A stretch of 64,000 nt of DNA from Trypanosoma brucei (Eukaryota). Numbering within the stretch: position 1 is the first letter of the stretch; every line of letters begins with the position of its first letter. The stretch is from NCBI GenBank assembly GCA_000002445.1, contig CM000208.1:2752001-2816000 (forward strand), read 5' to 3'. Under the pieces are notes generated by a model. That model had not been told where the DNA came from. It worked only from the letters and a program-made list of their open reading frames with translations, and ran no database searches. Position numbers and translations under genes: made by a program. Positions 39,832-50,304 of the stretch are shown piece by piece.

Positions 39832-42174
39832 ATGCTAACTCGAAGAGCCGCAGCCCTCTTGGGACAAGGGAGGGAGGACGGCCAAAATAGTGCATCTTCA
39901 TCACATGGTCAGCCTCAACAGCAGCGGCAAGGTTCTTCTTCCCCTTCCCTTGCTCCTTCCGCGCGCCCCTTAGGGGAGTTTAATGGGGGAACGGGGTCGG
40001 ATAGGGCACCACCACCGTATATTCCGCTACCAGAACCGCTATGGGAATTGAGAAGACGCTTTCCATCAGTTACACGCACGGTGCTCTTACAGTGTATACG
40101 CTGTCATCGCTGGGTTGCGCAGCCTGTTACCAAGTCGCCCCCACAGGAAAGCGAACCTGAGGTGACAAAAGAGGGAGAGGTGATCAGTTCATCCATAATT
40201 AAGGCGTCAAATGCAAGTGGAGAGAATGAGTCCGGTGAGGAGCGTGACGGAGAGGAAGAGTGGCGGTCACCGCGTCTACAGCTGCATTACGATAAGGTTG
40301 TCGGATACGTTAAGGGGAACGCTGGGGAGCGTTCGGGGAAGAAAAAGGAACTCTGCCCATACTTCATTCCTAACCCAGCCGTCTTTACGTGCCAATGGAC
40401 TTATTGTGAGTTAGAGGACACATGGTCCGATCTGCGGGGAAAGTGGCTTGGGGAGCTATACGCTGCAATGGGAAGTGCAAAAAATGATAATGAAGGGGGT
40501 TCCCGCAAGAATGGCGGTGTGGGTGATCAGGAGGAACGGAAACGTCTGAATCTTCAACTATCGAGGGAACTTCATGGTCGGCGGAGCGGCCGCCTAGCAG
40601 GGGGACTGCATGGGACCGCAGGCACGAGGGGTGAGTCAACCAAAGTGCAAGAGTGCGCAACGGAGTCAACGCACAGTGGTGGGATGGCTGACCGTGTGGA
40701 TAATCTTGTAAGAAGCGATGAGGCTGTTCTAGCTGCGTTTTGCTGGATTACTTGCGACAGTTGCGGGAAGCTACGGCGTGTTCATCAGCCTTTCCCCGGT
40801 GGCGCACCTTTTGTATGCTCGTTAGCGCTTAACATTGGATCCTGTAGTGTGCCGGAGATCGACGGAGTTAGCGCCATATTTGGAAGTGCGCGTGGCCACT
40901 CGGCCTTAAACAGAAAGTTGGCCTATAGAGATGGTGATGCTGCTCTGCGTGGTGCTGTGAAATCGGACGCTGCAGTTTCGCATGCTAAAGCTCGCCAAGG
41001 GACAGCTCAAAACTCTATTGGGAGTCAGGGTTGCCACCCCAACTCTTTAGAATCTTCGATTCCTCTTCTTCGCTCGCTGACGGCGGCGGTGCGAAAGAGG
41101 TCCCTAGGCGGGTTTATCAAAAATATATTAACAACGCCAGATGAAGTGCGCTCCAAGCGGGAGGAGGTCATGAAGGCCTCTCTCGATCTTGCAGGGGAGA
41201 AACCCAGTGACATCCCCAAACAGCAGTTGGAAGTGGAATCCATCGCTATGAGACCAAGCGATCCGACACTAAAGGTAGACCTTGGCGAACCACATAAGGT
41301 TAAGGTTGAGGAAGATCCCGCGGTTCAACCGAAGCAGACCGGTGAAAGGGGGAAAATTAGCGCTGCCCCACCTGGAAGCGCACGTGGAGGCGCTGAGGAT
41401 GCTAATATAGGCGGCGATGCCGCACCAAAATGTTCTAGACGGCTTGGGTGTCCACCCCGTCCAGTTATGCGGCCGTTGAGTAACAGCGCCGAGCGTCACG
41501 CAGCAACTGGAAACAGTGCGCAAGGAAACCTAACTACACAACCCGGTGCGGCTCCAGCAAGGATCAAGACAGAGGGCTCCATTGGCAGCGGTGTGATGGG
41601 CATTAACTCGAAACCCAATGCTAAATCAGGAACGGACACCGGTCGGACGGCGCGACCAGAAAGCGGACGAGAAGCGGGTATTGAGTCTAAGTCGAATTCC
41701 TCAGATGGACATTCCTCTTTTAGCACAGGAAATAGCGCGAGGTGTACCCGGCGGCAGCTGAAGCTGACCGAAATGCTTGCGCAAGTGGACAGTGGTAAAT
41801 TGCCATCTCCCTCTAGTGCAGTGACCGGTAACGTTTCCAAAAACAAAAACGACAACCGAGGCGCGGCGACCGCTAATCGTTCCCAAGCCAGTGGGCACAA
41901 AGCATCCCGCCGAACCGATAGGAACTGTTCCAAGGTTGAGGAGGCCAGTACCTCTGAGGATGAAGAAGGATATGAAGTAACCCATTGGGTCTGCTGTGAC
42001 GCATGCGACAAGTGGCGTGTCCTATCAAAAAAACTTCCCCATGGGACGAAACGGTGGGAGTGCACTATGCGTGGAGACGGAACCACGTGTGACGATACCG
42101 ATGACGAAGTCAAAATGAATCGTGAGGAAAAGCGTAAGAAGGCGCATAAGGAGCTTAAAAGGAGGAGGACATAG
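39832..42174 (+). CDS. CW-type zinc-finger protein (putative chromatin/methyl-lysine reader), Ser/Gly/Arg-rich; start uncertain
   Basis: Track ORF 39805 begins at a non-ATG codon inside a (TA)n tract; first in-frame ATG is about 39832 (MLTRRAAALLGQG). Canonical zf-CW near the C-terminus: 'THWVCCDACDKWRVLSKKLPHGTKRWECTMRGDGTTCDD' (W-x-C-x2-C-x2-W ... W-x-C). Degenerate CW-like units at 'CWITCDSCGKLRRVHQPFPGGAPFVCSL' and 'CIRCHRWVAQP'. Lys/Arg-rich tail 'EEKRKKAHKELKRRRT'. Confidence 0.65.
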   Translation: MLTRRAAALLGQGREDGQNSASSSHGQPQQQRQGSSSPSLAPSARPLGEFNGGTGSDRAPPPYIPLPEPLWELRRRFPSVTRTVLLQCIRCHRWVAQPVTKSPPQESEPEVTKEGEVISSSIIKASNASGENESGEERDGEEEWRSPRLQLHYDKVVGYVKGNAGERSGKKKELCPYFIPNPAVFTCQWTYCELEDTWSDLRGKWLGELYAAMGSAKNDNEGGSRKNGGVGDQEERKRLNLQLSRELHGRRSGRLAGGLHGTAGTRGESTKVQECATESTHSGGMADRVDNLVRSDEAVLAAFCWITCDSCGKLRRVHQPFPGGAPFVCSLALNIGSCSVPEIDGVSAIFGSARGHSALNRKLAYRDGDAALRGAVKSDAAVSHAKARQGTAQNSIGSQGCHPNSLESSIPLLRSLTAAVRKRSLGGFIKNILTTPDEVRSKREEVMKASLDLAGEKPSDIPKQQLEVESIAMRPSDPTLKVDLGEPHKVKVEEDPAVQPKQTGERGKISAAPPGSARGGAEDANIGGDAAPKCSRRLGCPPRPVMRPLSNSAERHAATGNSAQGNLTTQPGAAPARIKTEGSIGSGVMGINSKPNAKSGTDTGRTARPESGREAGIESKSNSSDGHSSFSTGNSARCTRRQLKLTEMLAQVDSGKLPSPSSAVTGNVSKNKNDNRGAATANRSQASGHKASRRTDRNCSKVEEASTSEDEEGYEVTHWVCCDACDKWRVLSKKLPHGTKRWECTMRGDGTTCDDTDDEVKMNREEKRKKAHKELKRRRT

Positions 42175-42939
42175 TTGGGATTTCCATAACTCGTAGAGTA
42201 CCCGACGCGTTTGAGTGTTGAGATGTCTTTTCGAGCTGCTCAATGCACATGAACTGGCTCTTTTTTGTGACGTTGGTTCTTTGAAACGCACGAGCAAATG
42301 GGAAGAAGGAGCGAAAAAAAAAAGAACCAACAAGTTGCTGCAGGCTTGACCGTACGAACGTGGACCCAAGGGGGGTCCCTTAATAAAGCGTTGTTTTCCT
42401 TTATCTTTTTCCCCCCTCACTGAGACATTCACCTTTGCTGCAGATTATAACGTGCCGCGCACCTTTACACTAACAGAGAGGCTGCAACACATCAGGAAGA
42501 AGATAGTGGCAGGTGGTGTCGGCCTGCTTGACCTAGCCCCGTTGTTCGTAGTGGGTAATGTATGCGTATTGGAGCGAACCGATAGCCCAGGAGGAAAATG
42601 TGTAAGAACACGCCACTGCAAGTGAACAACAACAACAACATACAATCAATCCAAATGTTGTTGCTCCCACATCTGCGGTTGTGGGAGTTAAGTATTTTGT
42701 AACCATTAACACCAGCAAGTGTGTTTAGCGGTGTTCCCCACGATGTCTCTTTCTTTTTGTATTAGTGCACGAAAACGCAAAGCGCTTCGTTTCCCATTCT
42801 TTGTCGTTTATAATCTGTCACAGAAATTGAAGAAGCGGGTTGCATTTGGTTATAGGAGCAAAATTCGGCATAGTGCAACAAAAAAGAGGAAAGTTAGACC
42901 GAAAGAGTAGTAACCATACAACGTTTAGGGCTACAACAA

Positions 42940-45210
42940 ATGGATAGCTCGCTTTGCTTCGTGTGCTCTAGGTGTGAGCACCCCATTTGCTCACACGTGG
43001 ATATTATCACCAAGACTGTGAGCAACGGGACGACAGAACATGCGTTTGTTTATGAGATGGAGGACTTGCTGAACATGGACAGACCTGTTCCGTGTTACAG
43101 TGGTGATGAAATATGTGAAACTCGAGTTCACGTTTCTGAAAAAATTCTCAATGTGCCGCTGCCACCAGCCGCCAGGTTGGTGGCACTAGAGGCCTTAGCA
43201 AACTCGCAGCGAGCTCGGGCCCTTGAGGTTGTCCCATCGGGTCCTGTGACGGATGCCGATAACAGCTTGACATCTGAGGTGGGACATGTCACGACGGACA
43301 GCGGGCAAAACCCCCAAGGCAACCATGATGAGGAAGCTGACAACGTCGCTGGCAACAGTTTGGGGCAAATTTCGCGGATTGGTGGGCAGGGACGCTCATC
43401 GCCGAGTTCCCCAACCAATGGTTCCGGTGATGTGTTAACACGATCTCTTGCGCGTTTTTCCCGTACCAAGGAAACTCGTGTGGACCTCATTTGTGTAAAG
43501 GAGGATGTTCTCTCTGGCGGTCTTGCTCGATGCACCACGGATCGTAGCGCCGACACTCCTCCAGTGCCCTTAACATCATCATTGGTTTCTGACGCCCCCG
43601 GAACCGCCTCTGTCGCTGCTGGTGGCGAGGAGAGTGGGGGAGCCAGTGCTTCACTAATGCGTGGGACACAGAGTACCCTGGGAATAGTGTCGCAAACGCC
43701 GACAGCCACGCGGTGGTTACGACACCCAGGAAACCTTATTGTGGAAGAAGGCTTCGTTCAAGTCAGGCGCCGCACCAAAACGTCCCGCTGTCCGTGGTTT
43801 AACACTTATAACTGTTCGGAGCGGCTGGAATGTCCCGACTGCCACCTTGCGTTGGGATACCTTTTTGTTGTTAAACCCACTACTCAAACCCATTCGCACC
43901 ACGCTCCCGCTCCTGGGCCGGAACCCACTGTGATGGAGGATGCAGAGGAAGGCAGCCCTGTGGGGACGCACCGGCTACAACAAAAAAGGGAGCGAAATGA
44001 GGACCAGGAGGAAGTGGTGCTGACAGTATCAGAGGAGACAACTGCTAGAGAGAACTCATCCACGCAGGAGCAGAAGCAGCAGTGTGAAGGGAAAGGTGCT
44101 GATGAGCCGTTCCCCACAACTTTTGTGGGTCTGGAGCTCAAGAAGATACGGCAGCGTCACTGGGGTTTGCGCGACTTCCAGAAACGATATCATCAGGCTA
44201 AAGACCTCAAAACGTTCCGACTGCTGTTTCCGGAAGCCGAGGAGTTGGAAAGTGTTTATAGTCGTCTTGTGGCTCTGCGGACGCAATCTGAGCTTTACGG
44301 CAATCTCCTGCGTAAGCACAAGGAACAGAATGATGTACAATATGCACTTATTGAGAGCCAGAAGGAACGGATAAGCAGTTATGAGGAGAAGCTTAATACT
44401 ATGCAGCAAATCATTGAGGCTCAGAGAGCTCAACTTGACATGCAGTGTAAGCAAATAAAGCACCAGGAGGAGCTGCTACGCAATCACAAAAGCCAGGTGG
44501 CAACGCAGCAGTATCAGATTCACGTCGAACAACTCCTGCGGAGTGAACAGAGCCGTACGATTGAATCACAGCGTGAACAACTAACACTCATGCAGGCCCA
44601 TCTCCGGGCGCGTGTCATGAAAGAGCAGCTGGAAGAGCGTTATGGGCAGCTCATTTCACTTCTTCAGCATGTGGATGAGCAGCAACAGCAACAGGAGTCG
44701 CCGACATCTCCTAGCAGCACCCCTACGCCCTCCCCTAGTGCGCCTTCGCAGGGAACATCGTGCCCAATTTTGCCTCCGGCGCATCTTGTGGGAGTCATCG
44801 GGCGAGATGTTCGTGAACAGTCACGTGTTTCCTCTGAATATAATCGCAGTGAGGGGAGTCATGGCGCACAGGAACGGTACCCCTCACGAGGGTCCACGCT
44901 GCCAACCTTGCTTGTGAACAGAAATGTGCCTCACAATGAGGGTGAGGCAACTGTGGATAACGGGCCCAGTAACAAATTCTCGGCAGGCAGGTCCGTCGCA
45001 TCAGGTGTTTCTGGCGGTAGGGAAAAAAACCACATCCTTTATGGTTGCAGTACGAGTGCTGCCGAGCAGGCGGTGGGAAGTGCAAGAAGAGCCCCGAGAG
45101 AGCGGGCCCAACTAAGCCCCGTCCAGGAGGCTTCGCCAAATAGAAGTAACGCGAGTGGTAACTGTCCAAGGGGGTCCGTAAGCGACACGAGCACGAGTGG
45201 GGAACCGTGA
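42940..45210 (+). CDS. Hypothetical protein with N-terminal Cys/His cluster and central Gln-rich coiled coil
   Basis: 756 aa, ATG at 42940. 'CFVCSRCEHPICSH' is a possible zinc-binding cluster. About 200 aa heptad region ('QKERISSYEEKLNTMQQIIEAQRAQLDMQCKQIKHQEELLRNHKSQVATQQYQIHVEQLL...'). Ser/Pro-rich low-complexity ends. Confidence 0.6.
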   Translation: MDSSLCFVCSRCEHPICSHVDIITKTVSNGTTEHAFVYEMEDLLNMDRPVPCYSGDEICETRVHVSEKILNVPLPPAARLVALEALANSQRARALEVVPSGPVTDADNSLTSEVGHVTTDSGQNPQGNHDEEADNVAGNSLGQISRIGGQGRSSPSSPTNGSGDVLTRSLARFSRTKETRVDLICVKEDVLSGGLARCTTDRSADTPPVPLTSSLVSDAPGTASVAAGGEESGGASASLMRGTQSTLGIVSQTPTATRWLRHPGNLIVEEGFVQVRRRTKTSRCPWFNTYNCSERLECPDCHLALGYLFVVKPTTQTHSHHAPAPGPEPTVMEDAEEGSPVGTHRLQQKRERNEDQEEVVLTVSEETTARENSSTQEQKQQCEGKGADEPFPTTFVGLELKKIRQRHWGLRDFQKRYHQAKDLKTFRLLFPEAEELESVYSRLVALRTQSELYGNLLRKHKEQNDVQYALIESQKERISSYEEKLNTMQQIIEAQRAQLDMQCKQIKHQEELLRNHKSQVATQQYQIHVEQLLRSEQSRTIESQREQLTLMQAHLRARVMKEQLEERYGQLISLLQHVDEQQQQQESPTSPSSTPTPSPSAPSQGTSCPILPPAHLVGVIGRDVREQSRVSSEYNRSEGSHGAQERYPSRGSTLPTLLVNRNVPHNEGEATVDNGPSNKFSAGRSVASGVSGGREKNHILYGCSTSAAEQAVGSARRAPRERAQLSPVQEASPNRSNASGNCPRGSVSDTSTSGEP

Positions 45211-46263
45211 CACGTATGCCCCGTCGTTTGCAGGTGGTCTGTGACCAAAGAGGTTTATATCACTGGTTACGAGGTGAAGTGAATTTCCCTGATTTTTCCT
45301 CTGTACATTCTCGAATTCGCTACTTAATCTGCAGTTACCATGACTCGTTTGACTTTTTGAAATGGGAATGTGAATATCTAAGAAGTTATATGTCACTGCA
45401 CAAGCACACGGGCAGCCGAGACTGAGGACCAGCTTAGTGTCTGCTGTGATTCACGTCGATGTTGTGGTTTGTGAAAAGGCACCAAAGTTAGGTCTGGTTT
45501 CATTGTGTGGGTTGCTTTGATGCCTGTGGGCAGGTCTTGTTGGATGCCTTTGCACAGCTCAGCTGCCACATGAAATGAAGGAAGGGAGTCACGATAGTGC
45601 AAAGAAATATCAATATTTCCGTTTCTGTGGCTTTTTGCTGGATTCTCGTGCTGTGGATACGTTTGTTTGTAGACATTGATACTGGTGTCGAGTGGCGGCA
45701 CAGTATCTCTGAATAAAAAATCCACCATTCCCCCTCCACTTGCCCTTTACCCCCATCCCCCCACTCCCGTCGTGGTGTGGCGATAACTTTTCCCCCCACC
45801 ATCGCTTAACTTATTGAAAAGGGCAGGTACAGGCTCTAAGAGAAGAGGTGAGCTTAAGCTACCGCTTCTGTTTGACATGAGAAGAGGGGGAATGGACTAG
45901 CAAAAGAAAATATACTCAAGTGGCGAAACGGTGTTTGTGGAACCATGTTGGTGAGCACCCCCTATGCATGGATGAAGGGGGGGAAAAAATTACATCCCTC
46001 ATTTTACTGCGTTTTTGCTTGTAGCTCGTGCATGACCCCTGTGAAAAACAAATGTAAAGTGTCCAGAGTTGGATATACGATGAGTGGCCTGTACTTAGTC
46101 CTTAGTTTTGCTTACGTCACTTTCTGCATTCTCCGTTTAAGCTTCTTTCCTCTTTCTCTCGTGGTGTCGGAAGGCGGTTGCCTCCTTAATCGTCAGGAGG
46201 GCAACGTGGTGCGTGGAGTCCTGCCGCGGTGTGTAGGTTTTTGAGCTGTAGGAATATCCCGTC

Positions 46264-46932
46264 ATGCCAGTTGAGCAGTTGGAAGAGGAAAATAAGACTC
46301 TCAGAACGAAGGTTCGGGTGCTGGAGGAGGAACTCAAGCACCGCAATGCCGAATGCGTTAGGCTGAGGGATGAGCTGCAGTTGCTATCGGGGGTGATGCG
46401 GGAAAATGACAGTCAACGCCAATTGATCGATACGTTGCGAGAGGAGCTTGAATTCTCCCGAAAGAGCCATGCGGAGGCGGTAGAGGCGCTTAACGTGGGG
46501 GAGAAGCAAAGGAGAAATGAAGAACACAGACAGCGCATGGCGAGGGTGCAGTTGCAGCTTTCTACCAGTGGGATGGATGTAAAGACGGGTACTTCATCAC
46601 AAGCGGGGGGTGCGGTGTTACCGGTTGTGACCGGAGGTGTGGTACCGACGTCAAGCGGTGTAGAGATCATATGCAAGAGTTCAAACATCTCTTCCCTTGG
46701 GTTCGCGCCGGTGCAGCGACCCCCAGATTTTGCTGGCAGTGCTTATGGGCAATTTTACAGAGGTGTTGCTAATAGTGCTGACCTGGTGGAAGAGGAGGAC
46801 GAGGTTTCACGGCTTATGGCAATGGCGAAGGACGGGGCAATGCTGGACATTAAGCATGCTGAGGTTACCGATGGTGAGGAAAATGAGCTTCTGGAGCGTT
46901 ACAAGGCGTTAAAGCTGTGGAAACCTAACTAG
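46264..46932 (+). CDS. Small hypothetical coiled-coil protein
   Basis: 222 aa, ATG at 46264. N-terminal roughly 100 aa strongly heptad ('LEEENKTLRTKVRVLEEELKHRNAECVRLRDELQLL'). Coding-like composition, flanked by typical intergenic sequence. Confidence 0.55.
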   Translation: MPVEQLEEENKTLRTKVRVLEEELKHRNAECVRLRDELQLLSGVMRENDSQRQLIDTLREELEFSRKSHAEAVEALNVGEKQRRNEEHRQRMARVQLQLSTSGMDVKTGTSSQAGGAVLPVVTGGVVPTSSGVEIICKSSNISSLGFAPVQRPPDFAGSAYGQFYRGVANSADLVEEEDEVSRLMAMAKDGAMLDIKHAEVTDGEENELLERYKALKLWKPN

Positions 46933-47670
46933 GTGCATCGGTGTCCTTCAGTGGTAATGTGAGTGTGTGGGGATGTGGATATCGTCCGGTGGTACAAATT
47001 TGTTGATTTTTTCAGTGTGCTTATTGATGCGTTGCATACTTTCAGTTCATATTAATTGTGTTGATATTGTGCCAGCACTTTTGTGCAAGTTGGTGTCATG
47101 ATCGAGTCCGCCAACAGTTTTTGTTTCGGTCATTTTAATTGCCAGCAAGTGCGCGCGTCGACGGAATGCAACGGAGGGAGCTGTCCAACTAACGAAAAGA
47201 ATTTTCAGTGTGGAATATCGAAAAGTTTTGTTTCGATAATGATTGAATGTTGGTAGCACAAGCGCTATGGCGCCTCCACCTCACTTTTTTTTTCAACCCG
47301 TGTACACCAATTTCGGCCTTACTCTCCCACTTTTTAAACATGTGACGTGTATGCGCTTCGCTAGTTCTTCAGGGTAACAAACTCTCTAAGGGAGAATAGG
47401 GAATAACGAAGGAAGGAAGAAGGCAGAAGAAGTGATTTACGTAGACGAAAGCGGGTGAAAGCAAAGGAAAAAAGCAAGGGCTGAGGCACAAACGCGAGAA
47501 AAAGAGAGGGGGTTTTCTTTCGAAGTTGGGAAAAGGGTGATCGTCAGGTAGGGTGATATAAAGGAGCGTTGCATTTAGCAAAGAATAACGCCCGGTTGCG
47601 ATAAGTCGTAGAGTGCCACACATCTGACGAACGGTAACCTTTCCCTCGCAGATATAAGGGCACGCACTCA

Positions 47671-47690
47671 CCTGTTCCTTTTAACTCCTC
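47671..47690 (+). promoter_or_regulatory. Polypyrimidine tract upstream of the PUF gene ATG (candidate splice-acceptor region)
   Basis: cctgttccttttaactcctctg followed by AG, about 80 nt before ATG 47773. Confidence 0.35.
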
Positions 47691-47772
47691 TGGGCGGCCG
47701 TCATATAGCGGAAACTTCTGAGTTGATTGTCGTCTCAGAACTTTGTGTAACTCTTTCTTACCGTTGCGTAAA

Positions 47773-50304
47773 ATGAGTTCAACCAAAGAGCCGCTACACA
47801 TGTTCTCCTTAGGCGTAACGGAGCGCTCATGGGACGATGATGATGGAAATGCGCAGCATCAGCAGCGTCAACAACCGATGCCGCTTAAGATAGGATCTGA
47901 GCAGGGTGGTGGCGTTTACAACAGTAACGTTGCACAGCTTCAGGCCCATGGGCGGTCCGACTTTGGCGCCACGGGTGAAATTCTGGGGTCGTCATCCTAC
48001 CCGTCCAATACGCCACCACCAGGGACGGGTTCCAATGCAATGGGGTGGGTGCGTTACACTGCGATGGACTTTGAGCTTCTACTCCACGAGGGAAAACAAC
48101 CTACGGATGATATGCGCCGTTCGCAGGTCTACGCTAAGTGGTACCAGACGAAAAGGTTAACTGATGATCGCGTTCTCCCGCCCCTGACAAATCCTCGCTA
48201 TGACGCGAAGGGCGATGCGGAGGCCCCGTGGGATCCTGTGGTCCCCATGCGTATTCAAGGCCAGCAAAGCGTCGCCGGAGGCGGCGGCTCAGAGTTGGTA
48301 GGAAAAGGGGGTATTCGTATGGAGCTAGATACCAAAAACCTTCAGCAGGCACATGAGCAGCAAACGTTCAACCCGTACGCGATGTGCTTTCAACAGCAAG
48401 ACGACAATATAATGAGTCCAGGAACGCAGTTCTTTGGCGCCTATGCACCGACGCCGCTAGCAACGATGGCAACACCAAATACACTGCGTGCCTACGCTCA
48501 CTCTCGTATGGGCACACAGGTTCGCAACAATAACAACGTTAACCGCGGGGAAATTACACAAATCATGGCACCTGTGGCGGGGCAAACGCTTTACAACTCG
48601 GACTGGAATGCGACTGGCGACTTCACAGCAGCTCAAGGCATGGTGCCGAATGTCTGTCAGCAATATTACACTCAAGAACAAATGAACACCTTTGATTATT
48701 ATGCCGACCCGACGGTAGTTAATTACTACAATACGGCAACCACCAATGTGACTGACCACACGCAGATGCAGCCAGCCATAATGGCCATCGCCCCTACGGG
48801 GGATATGGGTGCATTACGTGGTCCTGCTGGTAGCGCTGGTCCAATGGCTGGTCCGAGTGGAGGCGCTACTCGAGGTGGTAGACGTAGCGGTGGTAGGGGA
48901 CGTGGAGGTAACAGCGGCAAATGGGGTTCAGGCGCGGCGAGAGGTCGTGGCACAGCCCCTCGTGAGTCGACGCAGCCGTGCTCCGAGTTGTTGGAACATT
49001 TCCGCACTGACGCGGCGAGTGGTGGAGTAAGCCAGTGGCGCATTGCTCATATTCTTAACCACGCCGTGGAGTTTGCGCAAGATCAAGAGGGTAGTCGCTT
49101 TATTCAGCGTGCAGTGGAGAGCGCCACTCATGATGAGGTGGACGCTCTCTTCCGCGAGATTTTCGAGTCTCCCCTCGAACTGGTAGTTGACGTCTTCGGT
49201 AATTATGTACTGCAGAAGCTTCTTGAGGTGGGAAATGCGCGCCAACTTGCCTACGCTGCCACGCGCTTACAGAACAATGTTGTCAATCTCACCCTTCAAA
49301 CATATGGGTGCCGTGTGATCCAAAAGTGCATTGAGGTGATGCCCCCCGAAGGCCTCGATATTATTCTCTCTGAACTTAGGGGCAATGTAGCGAAATGCAT
49401 TCAGGACCAGAACGGAAACCACGTGGTGCAGAAATGCGTGGAGGTTATTCCGCAACGTTGCGGCTTTATTGTCTCGGCGTTCTCTGGACGGGTGATGGAG
49501 TTGGCCACCCATGCGTACGGTTGCCGCGTTATTCAGTGCATTATGGATCATTGCCCCGACCAGGAGGAAGCCATTTTTTCGGAGTTGCTTGATTGCGTAG
49601 GTACTTTGGCCACAGACCAATACGGTAACTATGTCATTCAACATGTGCTGCAGCACATGAAAGATGATGAAAAGGTGGGACGCATCTTCGACGCCTTGAA
49701 GGGGAACTTCTACGAATCCAGCAAGCAGAAATTTGCATCTAATGTAATGGAGAAACTATTTGTGCGTGCTGACCCTCAGCAGCGTATGGAACTTGTCAAC
49801 ATGATGTGCTCACCTATAGGAGATGACAGTGGTGAACCTGTTGAGGTGTTGTCCTTTAAGCGTTCGTCCGCTCCCAAAAAGGAAAATGTTGAGAAGCAGC
49901 GCAACGAGTACGCCAAAAAGGGCCGTCGCGACAGAGAACGCGATCGCGAGAAGGAGAACTCTCTTGGACTTGTGGTTGAAGTGCAGTTGGCGGGAAGAGA
50001 GCCTCCCAGCATGCTTTGCCTTATGATGCAGAATCCTTTCGCTAATTACGTTGCCCAACGCGTACTTGACGCCGCTCACGTTGATCAGTACGTTTGCCTC
50101 ATCGATAATATTCAAAAGTTCCTGTTGCCCATCAGCACCTACACATATGGTGCCCCAATCGTGCAGCGTTTGGTCCGACGCGAGTTAGTAAAGGCTCCCG
50201 ACGACGTTTCGCTAAATCTCGCAGTGAGTGCTGTTTCTGCAGGGGGAAGGGGCAGTTATGGGCACCACCGCAGGGAAGCGCGCGAGCACTTCGATGCCGA
50301 GTGA
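47773..50304 (+). CDS. Pumilio/PUF-family RNA-binding protein (about 8 PUF repeats), Gly/Arg-rich linker
   Basis: Track start 47743 is TTG; first ATG at 47773 (MSSTKEPL). PUF repeat helices: 'FGNYVLQKLLEVG', 'YGCRVIQKCIEV', 'QNGNHVVQKCVEV', 'YGCRVIQCIMDHC', 'QYGNYVIQHVLQH', 'FASNVMEKLF', 'ANYVAQRVLD', 'YGAPIVQRL'. RGG-like tract 'GGRRSGGRGRGGNSGKWGSGAARGRG'. Confidence 0.9.
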   Translation: MSSTKEPLHMFSLGVTERSWDDDDGNAQHQQRQQPMPLKIGSEQGGGVYNSNVAQLQAHGRSDFGATGEILGSSSYPSNTPPPGTGSNAMGWVRYTAMDFELLLHEGKQPTDDMRRSQVYAKWYQTKRLTDDRVLPPLTNPRYDAKGDAEAPWDPVVPMRIQGQQSVAGGGGSELVGKGGIRMELDTKNLQQAHEQQTFNPYAMCFQQQDDNIMSPGTQFFGAYAPTPLATMATPNTLRAYAHSRMGTQVRNNNNVNRGEITQIMAPVAGQTLYNSDWNATGDFTAAQGMVPNVCQQYYTQEQMNTFDYYADPTVVNYYNTATTNVTDHTQMQPAIMAIAPTGDMGALRGPAGSAGPMAGPSGGATRGGRRSGGRGRGGNSGKWGSGAARGRGTAPRESTQPCSELLEHFRTDAASGGVSQWRIAHILNHAVEFAQDQEGSRFIQRAVESATHDEVDALFREIFESPLELVVDVFGNYVLQKLLEVGNARQLAYAATRLQNNVVNLTLQTYGCRVIQKCIEVMPPEGLDIILSELRGNVAKCIQDQNGNHVVQKCVEVIPQRCGFIVSAFSGRVMELATHAYGCRVIQCIMDHCPDQEEAIFSELLDCVGTLATDQYGNYVIQHVLQHMKDDEKVGRIFDALKGNFYESSKQKFASNVMEKLFVRADPQQRMELVNMMCSPIGDDSGEPVEVLSFKRSSAPKKENVEKQRNEYAKKGRRDRERDREKENSLGLVVEVQLAGREPPSMLCLMMQNPFANYVAQRVLDAAHVDQYVCLIDNIQKFLLPISTYTYGAPIVQRLVRRELVKAPDDVSLNLAVSAVSAGGRGSYGHHRREAREHFDAE

